From: Candidatus Gottesmanbacteria bacterium GW2011_GWA2_43_14
GTDB lineage: Bacteria; Patescibacteriota; Microgenomatia; 2-02-FULL-39-11
NCBI GenBank assembly: GCA_000999095.1
Contig: LCFP01000001.1
Span: 10,230 to 74,229, forward strand
Direction: 5' to 3'
DNA length: 64,000 nucleotides
Made by a program: the position numbers and the translations under genes. Numbering within the stretch: position 1 is the stretch's first letter; each line of letters begins with the position of its first letter. This document shows, in pieces, positions 10,370-22,993 of the stretch. The notes below the pieces were generated by a model that saw only the letters and a program-made list of their open reading frames with translations, was not told the origin of the DNA and did no database searches.

Positions 10370-11307
10370 CTGTGTGCGGCGCCGATTAAATCATCCAATT
10401 CAGATATGCTGTTATCTGCCAGGTATTTTGTTAAACCGGCGTTCAATTCATCAAAAACTTTCATGCCTTTATAATATGTCGCTGATCCGACCCCGACCAG
10501 TGTTGCTCCGGCCAATATCATCTCGACAATGTCCTGCCATTTTAGAACCCCGCCCATACCTATTATCGGAATTTTTACTGCTTCAAAAATTTCATAGACA
10601 CATCTGACGGCGACCGGTAATATTCCCGGTCCTGAAACTCCGCCTTTTTTAGTGCCCAGAACAGGCTTTTTTTTATAGATATCAATCATCATCCCCGGAC
10701 CGACAGTATTTATAGCCACTATTCCGTCGGCGCCGGCCCCCTCGCATGATTTGGCAATATCTGCGATATCGTTCACGTTCGGAGACAATTTGGCCAGGAG
10801 TGGTATTTTTCCCGAGAGTTTTTTTACTTCCCCGACGATTTTACCGGCCGCGCCTTTCTCCATTCCCAGAGGTTTACCGAATTCATCATCGACATTGGGA
10901 CAGGATAAATTAAGCTCAATCAAATCAGGCGAGGCGGGTACAAGCTTTTCGACCATCAGGGAAAATTCGGAAAACCTGGTGGCATAGACACTGGCAATGA
11001 GCGGGATTTCCCGATGGTCCTTTTTAAACAGGGCGATCTCCCCGGCACCTTTAGCTATGCCGGAATTTACCAAACCGACCGAATTAATAACATTGTATTC
11101 ATTTTTCCAGACCCGGGGGGGAGGATTGCCTTCTCTTTTATGGACAGTCAGAGATTTGAAAGTGATGCCGCTGGCTCCGTTTTCATAGGCTTTCAGATAG
11201 GCGTTGGCTGCAGCATAGATACCGGAAGGCAAAACAAGGGGATTTTTAAATTCAACCCCGCAAAAATTTACCGTTAATTTATCCATCAGTTGAATAATTT
11301 GTACCAT
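10366..11307 (-). CDS. pyrD: Dihydroorotate dehydrogenase, family 1 (start may be MDKLTV at 11286)
   Basis: ELNLSCPN catalytic Cys, KLSPN, INTV, GGVSGP, IGMGGV. Confidence 0.93.
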   Translation of the reverse strand: MVQIIQLMDKLTVNFCGVEFKNPLVLPSGIYAAANAYLKAYENGASGITFKSLTVHKREGNPPPRVWKNEYNVINSVGLVNSGIAKGAGEIALFKKDHREIPLIASVYATRFSEFSLMVEKLVPASPDLIELNLSCPNVDDEFGKPLGMEKGAAGKIVGEVKKLSGKIPLLAKLSPNVNDIADIAKSCEGAGADGIVAINTVGPGMMIDIYKKKPVLGTKKGGVSGPGILPVAVRCVYEIFEAVKIPIIGMGGVLKWQDIVEMILAGATLVGVGSATYYKGMKVFDELNAGLTKYLADNSISELDDLIGAAHR

Positions 11308-11356
11308 AGTAAACTAACAGGCGCAACAGTCTGAATCTCTATGTTATTATTCCCGT

Positions 11357-12760
11357 ATGAAATACCGTACGGAAAAGGATTCTTTGGGAAAAGTCAGTAT
11401 TCCCGCAGACACATATTACGGAATTCAAACTTGGAGGGCACTTCAGAATTTTCCCGTATCAGGGCTGCTGCCTGATCCGCGTTATGTCAAAGCTTCGGTA
11501 CTTATCAAAAAAGCAGCGGCTTTGGCCAATTACCGGCTTAAGCTGCTCGACAAGGATATATATCAGGCAATCATTTTTGCCTGCGACCGTATTCTGGCAG
11601 GTTACCATTCAGACCAGTTTGTAGTCGATCCCTTTCAGGCTGGAGCCGGCACTTCACACCATATGAATATCAATGAAGTCATCGCCAATATCGCTTCCGA
11701 AAAACTGGGTTTTCCAAAAGGAATATATACCAGGGTTCATCCCCATAATCATGTGAACTTGGCCCAGTCAACCAATGATGTTATTCCGGCCGCTGCCAGA
11801 CTGACAGTTTTGCTCTATTGGCCTGACCTTGCCTCTGCCGTGGATAAAACTGTGGCTGTTTTTCAAAAAAAGGGCCGTGAATTCGCCGGAATCCACAAAA
11901 GCGGGCGAACTCACTTAAGCGATGCCCTGCCGGTCACGCTCGGTCAGGAATTCAAAGCCTATGCGTCTGCTTTAAAAAATGACCTCAAAAGGCTTCAAGC
12001 AAGCAGGAAAAACCTCTTTTACCTGGGACTGGGAGGCACGGCTGTGGGCACAGGTGTTAACAGCCATCCTGCATACCGGAAACTCGTAATCAAAGAGCTT
12101 GCCAAGCTTACCGGATTAAAACTGAAAGCTGCTCCCGATAGCGCCGAATCTATGCAAAACGTGGCCGACCTGCTTGATTTCTCCGGTGCTTTAAGAATCT
12201 TAAGCCAGAACCTGATCAGAATCAGCAATGATCTCAGACTTCTGTCATCCGGTCCCGGAACCGGCTTGGCTGAACTCACGCTGCCGGAAGTTCAGGCCGG
12301 ATCAACGATTATGCCTGGAAAAGTCAATCCTTCACTGCTTGAAATGCTGACTATGACGGCCTTCCAGGTTATCGGCAGCGACCAGACGATTCTATTGGCC
12401 TCTATGCACGGTCAACTGGAGCTTAATGTATTTTTGCCCGTCGTGGTGCATAATCTCACCAACCAGATCAGGATTTTAACAAATGCCCTGGGAGCTTTTG
12501 AAAGTAAATATTTGCGGTTTGTTGAGGCGGACCGTGAAATGTGCAATTATTGGTTGGAAAAGTCAAGCGGTCTGGCGGCAATTCTTAATCCCCACCTGGG
12601 CTATGAAAAAGCTGCGGAACTCTACCGTGAATCAAGAAAAAGCAAAATTCCCATTACAGAACTGGTAGTTAAAAAAGGCTTAATGACATCTCAAAAAGCA
12701 AAGGCAGTTTTCGACCTGAAAAAAATTATAAAACCTAACCTGACCGGAAATAAAAAATGA
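11357..12760 (+). CDS. Class II fumarate hydratase / aspartate ammonia-lyase
   Basis: YYGIQTWRA, QAGAGTSHHMNINEV, QSTND, GRTHL, GSTIMPGKVNP signature; cannot separate FumC from AspA by eye. Confidence 0.9.
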   Translation: MKYRTEKDSLGKVSIPADTYYGIQTWRALQNFPVSGLLPDPRYVKASVLIKKAAALANYRLKLLDKDIYQAIIFACDRILAGYHSDQFVVDPFQAGAGTSHHMNINEVIANIASEKLGFPKGIYTRVHPHNHVNLAQSTNDVIPAAARLTVLLYWPDLASAVDKTVAVFQKKGREFAGIHKSGRTHLSDALPVTLGQEFKAYASALKNDLKRLQASRKNLFYLGLGGTAVGTGVNSHPAYRKLVIKELAKLTGLKLKAAPDSAESMQNVADLLDFSGALRILSQNLIRISNDLRLLSSGPGTGLAELTLPEVQAGSTIMPGKVNPSLLEMLTMTAFQVIGSDQTILLASMHGQLELNVFLPVVVHNLTNQIRILTNALGAFESKYLRFVEADREMCNYWLEKSSGLAAILNPHLGYEKAAELYRESRKSKIPITELVVKKGLMTSQKAKAVFDLKKIIKPNLTGNKK

Positions 12761-13884
12761 TCGGCGAAGATAGCCTGAATCTCCATAAAAAATTGGGGGG
12801 CAAACTGACAATAGCATCGAAATTACCTCTTTCATCCAAACGCCTATTATCGCTTCTCTATACACCCGGAGTTGCCTCAAGCGTGGAGGCAATCGCCCGC
12901 AAAAAAGAGCTTGTTTATCAGTTAACGGTAAAAGGAAATACCGTTGCTGTTGTTACCGACGCAACCGCTGTTTTGGGTTTCGGCCGTCTCAGCCCCGAAG
13001 CGGCATTGCCAGTTATGGAAGGCAAATGCCTGTTGTTTAAGGAATTGGCAGGCATTGACGCTTTCCCTCTCTGCCTGAAAACCGGCAGCTGGCAGGAAAC
13101 AGTTAAAGTCATCAGAAGCATATCCCCGGTTTTTGCCGCCATAAACCTCGAAGACATTGCCGCGCCTGATTGTTTTCATATTGAAAAAAACCTGCAGGAT
13201 TTGGGAATTCCGGTAGTTCATGACGACCAGCATGCGACTGCCATTGCTGTTCTCGCCGGTCTTCTCAATGCCACAAAAATCGTTACCAAAGATTTAAAAA
13301 AATGCAAAATTACCGTCTGCGGAGCCGGAGCAGCCGGAAATGCCGTCATCAGACTGCTGAAAGATTATGGCTGCCGGAATTTAATTGCGGTAGACAGCCG
13401 GGGAATAATCAGTAAATTCCGTCCTGATCTGGATGATTACAAAAAAATATTGTCAGATATTACAAATTCGGAACAAATCAGGGGCAAACTCGAAACAGCG
13501 GTCGAAGGAAGCGATATCCTGGTTGGAGTCTCAAAAAAAGAACTGTTTTCAACGGATTTAATCGGATCGATGAATAAAAAAGCCATTGTTTTTGCCCTGG
13601 CCAATCCTGAACCGGAAATCAGCCGGAAAGAAGCTCTTAAAGGAGGTGCTGCGGTCTATGCCTCAGGCTCCAGCGAAGATACAAATCAAATTAATAATGC
13701 CCTGATTTTCCCCGGCCTGTTTCGCGGACTTCTTGACGGCCGAAGAAAAAAAATATCCTCTCAGCTTAAAATCAAAACAGCCATGAATGTTGCCGCACGC
13801 GTTAAAAAACCGGTTGCCGGCAAATTCATGCCTTCAGTCCTTGATAAGAAATTGGTCGAAATAATTGCGGGAACAGTAAATTAA
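12757..13884 (+). CDS. NAD(P)-dependent malic enzyme (small type)
   Basis: YTPGVA, ALPVMEGK, INLEDIAAP, HDDQHAT, GAGAAG, FALANPEPEI, NQINNAL. Confidence 0.93.
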   Translation: MIGEDSLNLHKKLGGKLTIASKLPLSSKRLLSLLYTPGVASSVEAIARKKELVYQLTVKGNTVAVVTDATAVLGFGRLSPEAALPVMEGKCLLFKELAGIDAFPLCLKTGSWQETVKVIRSISPVFAAINLEDIAAPDCFHIEKNLQDLGIPVVHDDQHATAIAVLAGLLNATKIVTKDLKKCKITVCGAGAAGNAVIRLLKDYGCRNLIAVDSRGIISKFRPDLDDYKKILSDITNSEQIRGKLETAVEGSDILVGVSKKELFSTDLIGSMNKKAIVFALANPEPEISRKEALKGGAAVYASGSSEDTNQINNALIFPGLFRGLLDGRRKKISSQLKIKTAMNVAARVKKPVAGKFMPSVLDKKLVEIIAGTVN

Positions 13885-14936
13885 TTAATTTTCCGGCCGA
13901 AACCGGGAGGGACTAGGATTTTATTATTTTCGAAAACAGTTTGGCCTCTGATCACTGTTTTGACGACCTTTCCGTTAACGATCCAGCCGTCAAAAGGCGA
14001 CCAACCGCACCTGGTAAAGAGATTTGTGTTTTCAATCCGGTACTTTCCGCCTGACTCAGCCTCCACATATGTGTCTATTTCCTGGTTGATCCCGAAAATT
14101 TTACGCGGTCCTTCATTGGTCAGTCTGATAATTTCTTTGACAGTCACTTTTCCATCGGCAACAGCCGTTAAAAGCAGGGGCAGCATTGTTTCCAGTCCCG
14201 GAAATCCAAATGCCTCTTTACGATGTTTTTCCTCTAAAGTATGCGGGGCGTGGTCTGTTGCCAGACAATCAACTTCGCTTATATTTTGCCAAAGAAAAAC
14301 CTGATCTGAGATTGTGGCTAAAGGCGGTTTAACCTGGGCCAGCTTGCCAAGTTTTTGACCATCCTCCTGATTTAAAAACAGGTGGTGAGGCGTGACATCG
14401 CAGGTTAATGCCAATTTGTCTTTTCTAGCCCTGATTATCTGTTCAAGAGCGTTTTTGGTTGAGATATGGGATATATGCAATTTGCTTCCGGTTTTCGCGG
14501 CCATTTCAATAGCCAGATTGATTTGATCCCCTTCACCGTGTATTACGATGACTTTTTCTTTAGGCCAGGCAACAAAAATCCGTTCCAGTAATTTCGGATC
14601 CGAAATAAACTGCCTGCCGGTAGTCAAACCAAGATATATTTTCAGGCCGGCTGTTTTAAGGGCGGCTTTTGCAAATATATCTAAATTTTTGCCGTCTGTT
14701 CCGAAATATAAACCGTAATCGCAGACTGCTTTATTCTCGGCGGCCAATTCTTTTTCCCGCAGCCGTTCCAAAGTAGTGACATGATCAGAATTATTAGGCA
14801 TGTCAAAAACGGCAGTGACACCTCCGGCCACCGCAGCACTGCTGCCTGTGAAAAAATCTTCTTTGTGGGTTTGCCCCGGATCACGGAAATGTACATGGAT
14901 ATCGATCAGGCCGGGTAAACGGATTAGAGAGCTCAT
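13881..14936 (-). CDS. pyrC: Dihydroorotase
   Basis: PGLIDIHVHFRDPG, DMPN, HISHIST, ATDHAPH. Confidence 0.95.
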   Translation of the reverse strand: MSSLIRLPGLIDIHVHFRDPGQTHKEDFFTGSSAAVAGGVTAVFDMPNNSDHVTTLERLREKELAAENKAVCDYGLYFGTDGKNLDIFAKAALKTAGLKIYLGLTTGRQFISDPKLLERIFVAWPKEKVIVIHGEGDQINLAIEMAAKTGSKLHISHISTKNALEQIIRARKDKLALTCDVTPHHLFLNQEDGQKLGKLAQVKPPLATISDQVFLWQNISEVDCLATDHAPHTLEEKHRKEAFGFPGLETMLPLLLTAVADGKVTVKEIIRLTNEGPRKIFGINQEIDTYVEAESGGKYRIENTNLFTRCGWSPFDGWIVNGKVVKTVIRGQTVFENNKILVPPGFGRKIN

Positions 14937-15871
14937 GGATTCAAAATCAGATCAAGAAGAGCCATTCTGACGGAAAGACCGTTTTTAAGCTGTTCATTTA
15001 GATAAAGAGAACGGGGATCATTATCCATTTCGGGACTGATTTCCCCGGCGGCTATAGGCAACGGGTGCATGATAATGACTTCTTTATTTGCTCCGGTTAG
15101 TAAAGACTTATTTAGCCGGTAAAAGCTTTTTAATTTCTCATATTCGTCAGGATCGTTAAACCGTTCCTTTTGTACTCTTGTCATATAGATGACATCGCTT
15201 CCGTTGACAGCTTCTTTTAATTGATCAGTTCGGCGAACAGATGAATTTCTTTCCAAGGCTTCAGTGATTTGAGAAGGCATCGAGAGCATTAGTGGTGAAA
15301 CCAGGTTAAACGTTATTTTTCTGCCGCATTTAAGCAGGAGTTTGCTTAATGAATGTACCGTCCGGCCGTACTTTAAGTCACCGGCCAAGGTAACCGTCAG
15401 TTCTTTTTTTTCCGGAAATCGTTTGAGTATGGTATATGTGTCAAAAACAGCCTGGCTGGGATGCTCGCCTGCACCGTCTCCGGCATTAATGACGGGATTG
15501 TCGGTCAATGCTGCTGCCCTTGCCGGATATCCGATCTCCGGGTGGCGGATAATGAGACAGTCGGCATAAACGGAAAATACTCTAATCGTATGTTCAAACG
15601 ATTCTCCTTTTTCGACCGAGGTATTTTTCATACCGTTAAAAGGCAGACTGCCTCCGCCCAATCTTTGAACAGCTGTTAAAAATGAGGAAAAAGTGCGCGT
15701 CGAAGGTTCAAAAAATAGCATAGCGGTTATTTTTCCCTGAAGACGGTTGTCGGATTTTTTCCGGTTGACGATTTCCTGCATTTCTCCGGACTTGGTCCAA
15801 ATCAGCTCCAGATCAGCTGAGGTCAGAGAATCGACTGTTGTTAAATCTTTTCCAAAGAGAGAATTAATCAT
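14933..15871 (-). CDS. pyrB: Aspartate carbamoyltransferase
   Basis: FFEPSTRT, INAGDGAGEHPSQ, GDLKYGRTVHS, YMTRVQKER, MHPLP. Confidence 0.97.
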   Translation of the reverse strand: MINSLFGKDLTTVDSLTSADLELIWTKSGEMQEIVNRKKSDNRLQGKITAMLFFEPSTRTFSSFLTAVQRLGGGSLPFNGMKNTSVEKGESFEHTIRVFSVYADCLIIRHPEIGYPARAAALTDNPVINAGDGAGEHPSQAVFDTYTILKRFPEKKELTVTLAGDLKYGRTVHSLSKLLLKCGRKITFNLVSPLMLSMPSQITEALERNSSVRRTDQLKEAVNGSDVIYMTRVQKERFNDPDEYEKLKSFYRLNKSLLTGANKEVIIMHPLPIAAGEISPEMDNDPRSLYLNEQLKNGLSVRMALLDLILNP

Positions 15872-18800
15872 AACTTTTCGGTTTTGTCCTTAGGTTGAAT
15901 AGTTGCCAGATATTCCCCCCAGGACTTTACTTTCAGGTCCTCTAATTTCAACTTATAGATGGAATTGATAATAAGATTGGCATTCGAGACTTTCGTAAAA
16001 AGTGGAATATTGGCATCAACCGTTGCCCTTCTTATTTGGTAGCCGTCGGTAGTCTCCTTGGACATTTCCCGTACTCCCAGATCCTCTCTGTCGCTCAGGT
16101 TTATCACCAGTCCGACTTTCCGGCTTTTGATAAAATCAATAACGTTCGGCCTTTTCTTTTCATGAACCTTGTATACCAGTGTAGCTGGTAGCCGGTTTAA
16201 TTTCAAAAAGTCCGCCGTATTTTTAGTGGCATAGAGGGAATAACCCAGCTTGACAAGAACCCGGCAGCCTTGAAGCATTTTCTGCTTATATTCCATACCG
16301 CCAAGGGAAACCAGGGCTGCTTTCCGGTCAAGATTAACACCGGTTGATAAGATTGCTTTTAAATAAGCTTCTTTCAAATCGTCGCCAAAACAGGCAACCT
16401 CTCCTGTTGAAGCCATCTCTACTCTCAGGACCGGGTCAACACGCCGCAGACGCGTAAAGGAAAAGTGGGCAACTTTAACACCGGTATATCTCGGTCTTTT
16501 TATTTTTACCTGTTTGACATTGTCTCCCAAAAGCACTTTGGTCGCGATTTCGATAAAATTAATGCCTAAAACTTTGGAAACAAAGGGGAAACTCCGCGAT
16601 GCCCTGAGATTTCCTTCGATGACCAGCACTTCCGGAATTGCCCGGCCGTCCTCATTGACTAAAAACTGGATATTGAATGGTCCATCGATAGGCAGGGTTT
16701 TAGCGATTTTTACCGAATTTTCCTTAATCAGCTCGACGGCATCCTCCGTTAAAGAGAATGAGGGTAAAACCAGGGTGGCATCGCCTGAATGGACGCCGGC
16801 ATGTTCGACGTGTTCGGAAATTGCCCAGACGACAATCTGGCCGTTTCTGGCAACCCCGTCGAAATCCACTTCCTTTGCACCGCGGATAAATTTCGACATG
16901 ACCAGGGGATAATCGGAATTAATAATGGCATCTGTCGTCTCAAGGTATCTTTCCAGCATATTCTCCGAATAGGCGACGTACATAGCGCGTCCTGACAACA
17001 CATACGATGGTCTTATCAGGACTGGATATCCGATTTTTTCGGCAAAAGCCAGGGTTTCACCACTGCTCTTCAGCCTTTTCCACAGCGGCTGGATAATTTT
17101 GAGGTTGTCCAAAAGACCGGAAAATTTTTCCCTGTCTTCCACCCTGTCTATAGCGTCCGGGGTGCTCCCCAGAATTTTCACATTTACCCTGGCCAACTTT
17201 GGCGTCAGCGTATTGGGAATCTGGCCGCCGACTGAAACAATCAACGGGCATTTTTCCAGTTCGACAATATCCAGAACCCTTTCGTAGGAAAGTTCTTCAA
17301 AATACAGCTTATCCAGGACATCGTAATCAGTAGATACAGTTTCCGGATTGCAGTTGATCATGACCGGGGAATAGCCGAATTTCTTACTTGTAAGAGCACT
17401 GTTGACGGCACACCAGTCAAATTCAACCGAGGATCCGATCTGGTATGGACCTCCGCCCAGGATTATTACCTGTTTAGGCAAGTTAAATTTAACGTCGTGC
17501 TCTTTACGGTGATAAGACAAATAAAGATAATTGGTTTTGGCGGGAAATTCACCGGCCAGTGTGTCTATCTGGCAGACTTTAGGCAGGATACCGTATTTTT
17601 GTCTTAACCGGCGGATATCAGCTTCTTCATTTCCGTAAATTTCCCCGATCTGGCAATCGGAAAAACCATGTTTTTTGGCCTGTTCAAGGATATCCCTGCC
17701 GGGTTCATTGTTCAGGTTGTCATTAATCATCTCCCGGTAAAAATTTACGATTGCATCAAGCCTGTCGAGAAACCAGGGGTCTATTCCTGTTTTTTTATAT
17801 ATATCATCCTTTGATTGTCCGAGATACAAATTATAAGCCAGATTATAGAGCCTGTCCGGAGAGGCATCTAAAAAACGGAAGTTCTTGCCGTTAATTTTGT
17901 TTAGTTTGGCTTTATCCAAATCATCGGAGATGATGCCCTGGAAATCCAGGTCCAGACAGCGGACGGCTTTTTGCATTGCTTCTTCAAAACTGCGGCCGAT
18001 GGCCATTACTTCACCGACACTTTGCATCTCGCTGCCCAACGTTTCATCCTGGTTTTTAAATTTCAGAAAATCCCAGCGCGGTATTTTAACAACCAGGTAA
18101 TCCATGGCCGGCTCAAAAAAAGCACTGGTTGCGCGGGTTACCTGGTTGCGGAGTTCATCAAGCCGGTAGCCCAATGCCAATTTTGCCGCTACATACGCCA
18201 GCGGATAACCGGTAGCTTTGGATGCTAATGCTGAGGAACGTGACAGGCGGGCATTGACTTCGATGATGCGGTAATCCCCGTCTTTCGGGGACAGAGCATA
18301 CTGGATATTGCATTCTCCGACTATCGGCAATGATTTTACGACCTTGATGGCTATTTCTCTCAACCGGTGGTACTCCTCATTGGTCAGTGTTTGAGACGGA
18401 GCAACCACGATGGATTCGCCCGTATGGATTCCCATGGGATCAAAATTTTCCATATTGCAGACGGTGATACAGTTGTCAGAGGCGTCACGGACCACCTCAT
18501 ATTCTATTTCTTTCCAATGTTCCAGGTATTCCTCGATCAGAATTTGCGGGGTCAAAGCCAGTGCTTTTAGGCTGATATCCGTAAGATCCTGCCTTTTGCG
18601 GGCAACACCTGAACCTAAACCCCCAAGTGAAAAGCCGGCCCTGACAATGACCGGATATTTAATCTTGTCAGCTATTTTTTCCACCTCAGACATATTCCGG
18701 CAAAAACAACTTGTTGGTACTTTTAAACCCAAATTTTGGATTGCTTTACGGAACAACAGACGGTCTTCAGTTTTGCGGATTGCGGAAACAGGCGTCCCCA

Positions 18801-19146
18801 GCACTTTAACTTTATATTTTTGGAAAACGCCCCTTTTTTCCAATTCCAATCCGCAATTTAAGGCAGTCTGGCCGCCGAACCCCAAAAAGATGCCGTCGGG
18901 CGCTTCTTTCTGGATAATTTTTTCGGTAAAATATGGGGTTACCGGCATGAAATAGACTTTACTGACAAACTCATGCGAAGTTTGAATCGTAGCAATATTA
19001 GGATTAATCAGTACAACTTCAATTCCCTCTTCTTTCAGGGCTTTAGCTGCCTGTGAACCGGAATAATCAAACTCCCCGGCTTCACCGATTTTGAGTGCGC
19101 CTGATCCTAACAGCAGGACTTTTTTTATATTTTCCGTTAAAGCCAT
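15868..19146 (-). CDS. carB: Carbamoyl-phosphate synthase large subunit
   Basis: GSGALKIGEAGEFDYSGSQA, two ATP-grasp halves, C-terminal MGS domain. Confidence 0.97.
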   Translation of the reverse strand: MALTENIKKVLLLGSGALKIGEAGEFDYSGSQAAKALKEEGIEVVLINPNIATIQTSHEFVSKVYFMPVTPYFTEKIIQKEAPDGIFLGFGGQTALNCGLELEKRGVFQKYKVKVLGTPVSAIRKTEDRLLFRKAIQNLGLKVPTSCFCRNMSEVEKIADKIKYPVIVRAGFSLGGLGSGVARKRQDLTDISLKALALTPQILIEEYLEHWKEIEYEVVRDASDNCITVCNMENFDPMGIHTGESIVVAPSQTLTNEEYHRLREIAIKVVKSLPIVGECNIQYALSPKDGDYRIIEVNARLSRSSALASKATGYPLAYVAAKLALGYRLDELRNQVTRATSAFFEPAMDYLVVKIPRWDFLKFKNQDETLGSEMQSVGEVMAIGRSFEEAMQKAVRCLDLDFQGIISDDLDKAKLNKINGKNFRFLDASPDRLYNLAYNLYLGQSKDDIYKKTGIDPWFLDRLDAIVNFYREMINDNLNNEPGRDILEQAKKHGFSDCQIGEIYGNEEADIRRLRQKYGILPKVCQIDTLAGEFPAKTNYLYLSYHRKEHDVKFNLPKQVIILGGGPYQIGSSVEFDWCAVNSALTSKKFGYSPVMINCNPETVSTDYDVLDKLYFEELSYERVLDIVELEKCPLIVSVGGQIPNTLTPKLARVNVKILGSTPDAIDRVEDREKFSGLLDNLKIIQPLWKRLKSSGETLAFAEKIGYPVLIRPSYVLSGRAMYVAYSENMLERYLETTDAIINSDYPLVMSKFIRGAKEVDFDGVARNGQIVVWAISEHVEHAGVHSGDATLVLPSFSLTEDAVELIKENSVKIAKTLPIDGPFNIQFLVNEDGRAIPEVLVIEGNLRASRSFPFVSKVLGINFIEIATKVLLGDNVKQVKIKRPRYTGVKVAHFSFTRLRRVDPVLRVEMASTGEVACFGDDLKEAYLKAILSTGVNLDRKAALVSLGGMEYKQKMLQGCRVLVKLGYSLYATKNTADFLKLNRLPATLVYKVHEKKRPNVIDFIKSRKVGLVINLSDREDLGVREMSKETTDGYQIRRATVDANIPLFTKVSNANLIINSIYKLKLEDLKVKSWGEYLATIQPKDKTEKL

Positions 19147-20258
19147 TTTTTCACCACTCGGAAATAATAATCAAACAACCAGTTGGTGTCAGTCGGGCCT
19201 GGACTGGCTTCAGGATGGAACTGAACACAAAAAAAAGGCAATTTCTTATGCCTTATGCCTTCATTGGTGCCGTCGTTGAGGTTGGTAAACCAGATCTGCC
19301 AATCTTTTGGTATAGATTTTTCAACTACGGAATATCCGTGATTTTGCGAAGTAATAAAGCATTTGCCGCTGACAACATCCCTGACCGGCTGGTTCTGACT
19401 GCGGTGCCCGTACTTTAACTTATAAATATCCCCTCCGGCGGCAAGAGCCATGATTTGGTGTCCCAGGCAAATACCGAATGTGGGTATTTTTTTGGCTAAG
19501 GACTGCCTGACTGTCTCAACGGTTTCCGGCATGGTCCTGGCATCTCCCGGACCGTTACTGATAAAGACCGTATCAAAATCGGGCGGCTTTTTTTCCTGGT
19601 ACGGATTATAATTCCAGGGTACCCGGATAACGGTCGTATCGTAGTTCAGCATCAGACGGATCTGGTTGTACTTTAACCCGCAATCGATAAAAAGTACGCG
19701 TAATCTCCCATTTCCGTAGATTTCAGGCTTCCTGCAGCTGACAAACGGCACCAGATTTTCTCTGTTTATGTCCTTAAAAGAAAAACCCCCGAATTTATCG
19801 GGGGGTTTTTGGAAAGTGATCAGTCCTTTCATGACGCCTGTAGTTCTAAGGGTTTTAGTCAGAGAGCGGGTGTCGATTCCTGACAGTCCCGGCACTTTCT
19901 CTCTCTTCATCCATGAGGCCAGTACTTCTTTTGCCTGATAATGCGACTTGTTTTCTTCATACCGCGAAACGACTAATCCTGAAATTTGCATCCTGTCCGA
20001 TTCAAAATTTTCAGGCATCCTTGCGGATTTGCCTGCCGGAGGAACTCCGTAGTTGCCGATTAAAGGATAAGTTGCTACCAGAATTTGACCGTAGTAAGAG
20101 GGGTCCGTAAATCCTTCAGGGTAGCCGACCATGCCGGTATTAAAAACTACTTCCCCGGCAATTTCCCTGTCTATGCTGAATGAATCGCCTTCGTAAATAT
20201 CACCGTTCTCAAGTATCAGATATCCTTTTTTAGGCATCTCTAAAATTCCTCGTCCCAT
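19137..20258 (-). CDS. carA: Carbamoyl-phosphate synthase small subunit (start may be MPKKG at 20237)
   Basis: GEVVFNTGMVGY, DPSYYGQI, GICLGHQ, QFHPEASPGP. Confidence 0.96.
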   Translation of the reverse strand: MGRGILEMPKKGYLILENGDIYEGDSFSIDREIAGEVVFNTGMVGYPEGFTDPSYYGQILVATYPLIGNYGVPPAGKSARMPENFESDRMQISGLVVSRYEENKSHYQAKEVLASWMKREKVPGLSGIDTRSLTKTLRTTGVMKGLITFQKPPDKFGGFSFKDINRENLVPFVSCRKPEIYGNGRLRVLFIDCGLKYNQIRLMLNYDTTVIRVPWNYNPYQEKKPPDFDTVFISNGPGDARTMPETVETVRQSLAKKIPTFGICLGHQIMALAAGGDIYKLKYGHRSQNQPVRDVVSGKCFITSQNHGYSVVEKSIPKDWQIWFTNLNDGTNEGIRHKKLPFFCVQFHPEASPGPTDTNWLFDYYFRVVKKWL

Positions 20259-20334
20259 CTTAAAAAAAATCCCCTGTTTTGCCCTTGGGGTTATATTTTA
20301 ATACTATCAGCCAACTTAGACAACCCTTAACTCC

Positions 20335-22992
<2,658 letters not shown>

Positions 22993-22993
<1 letters not shown>

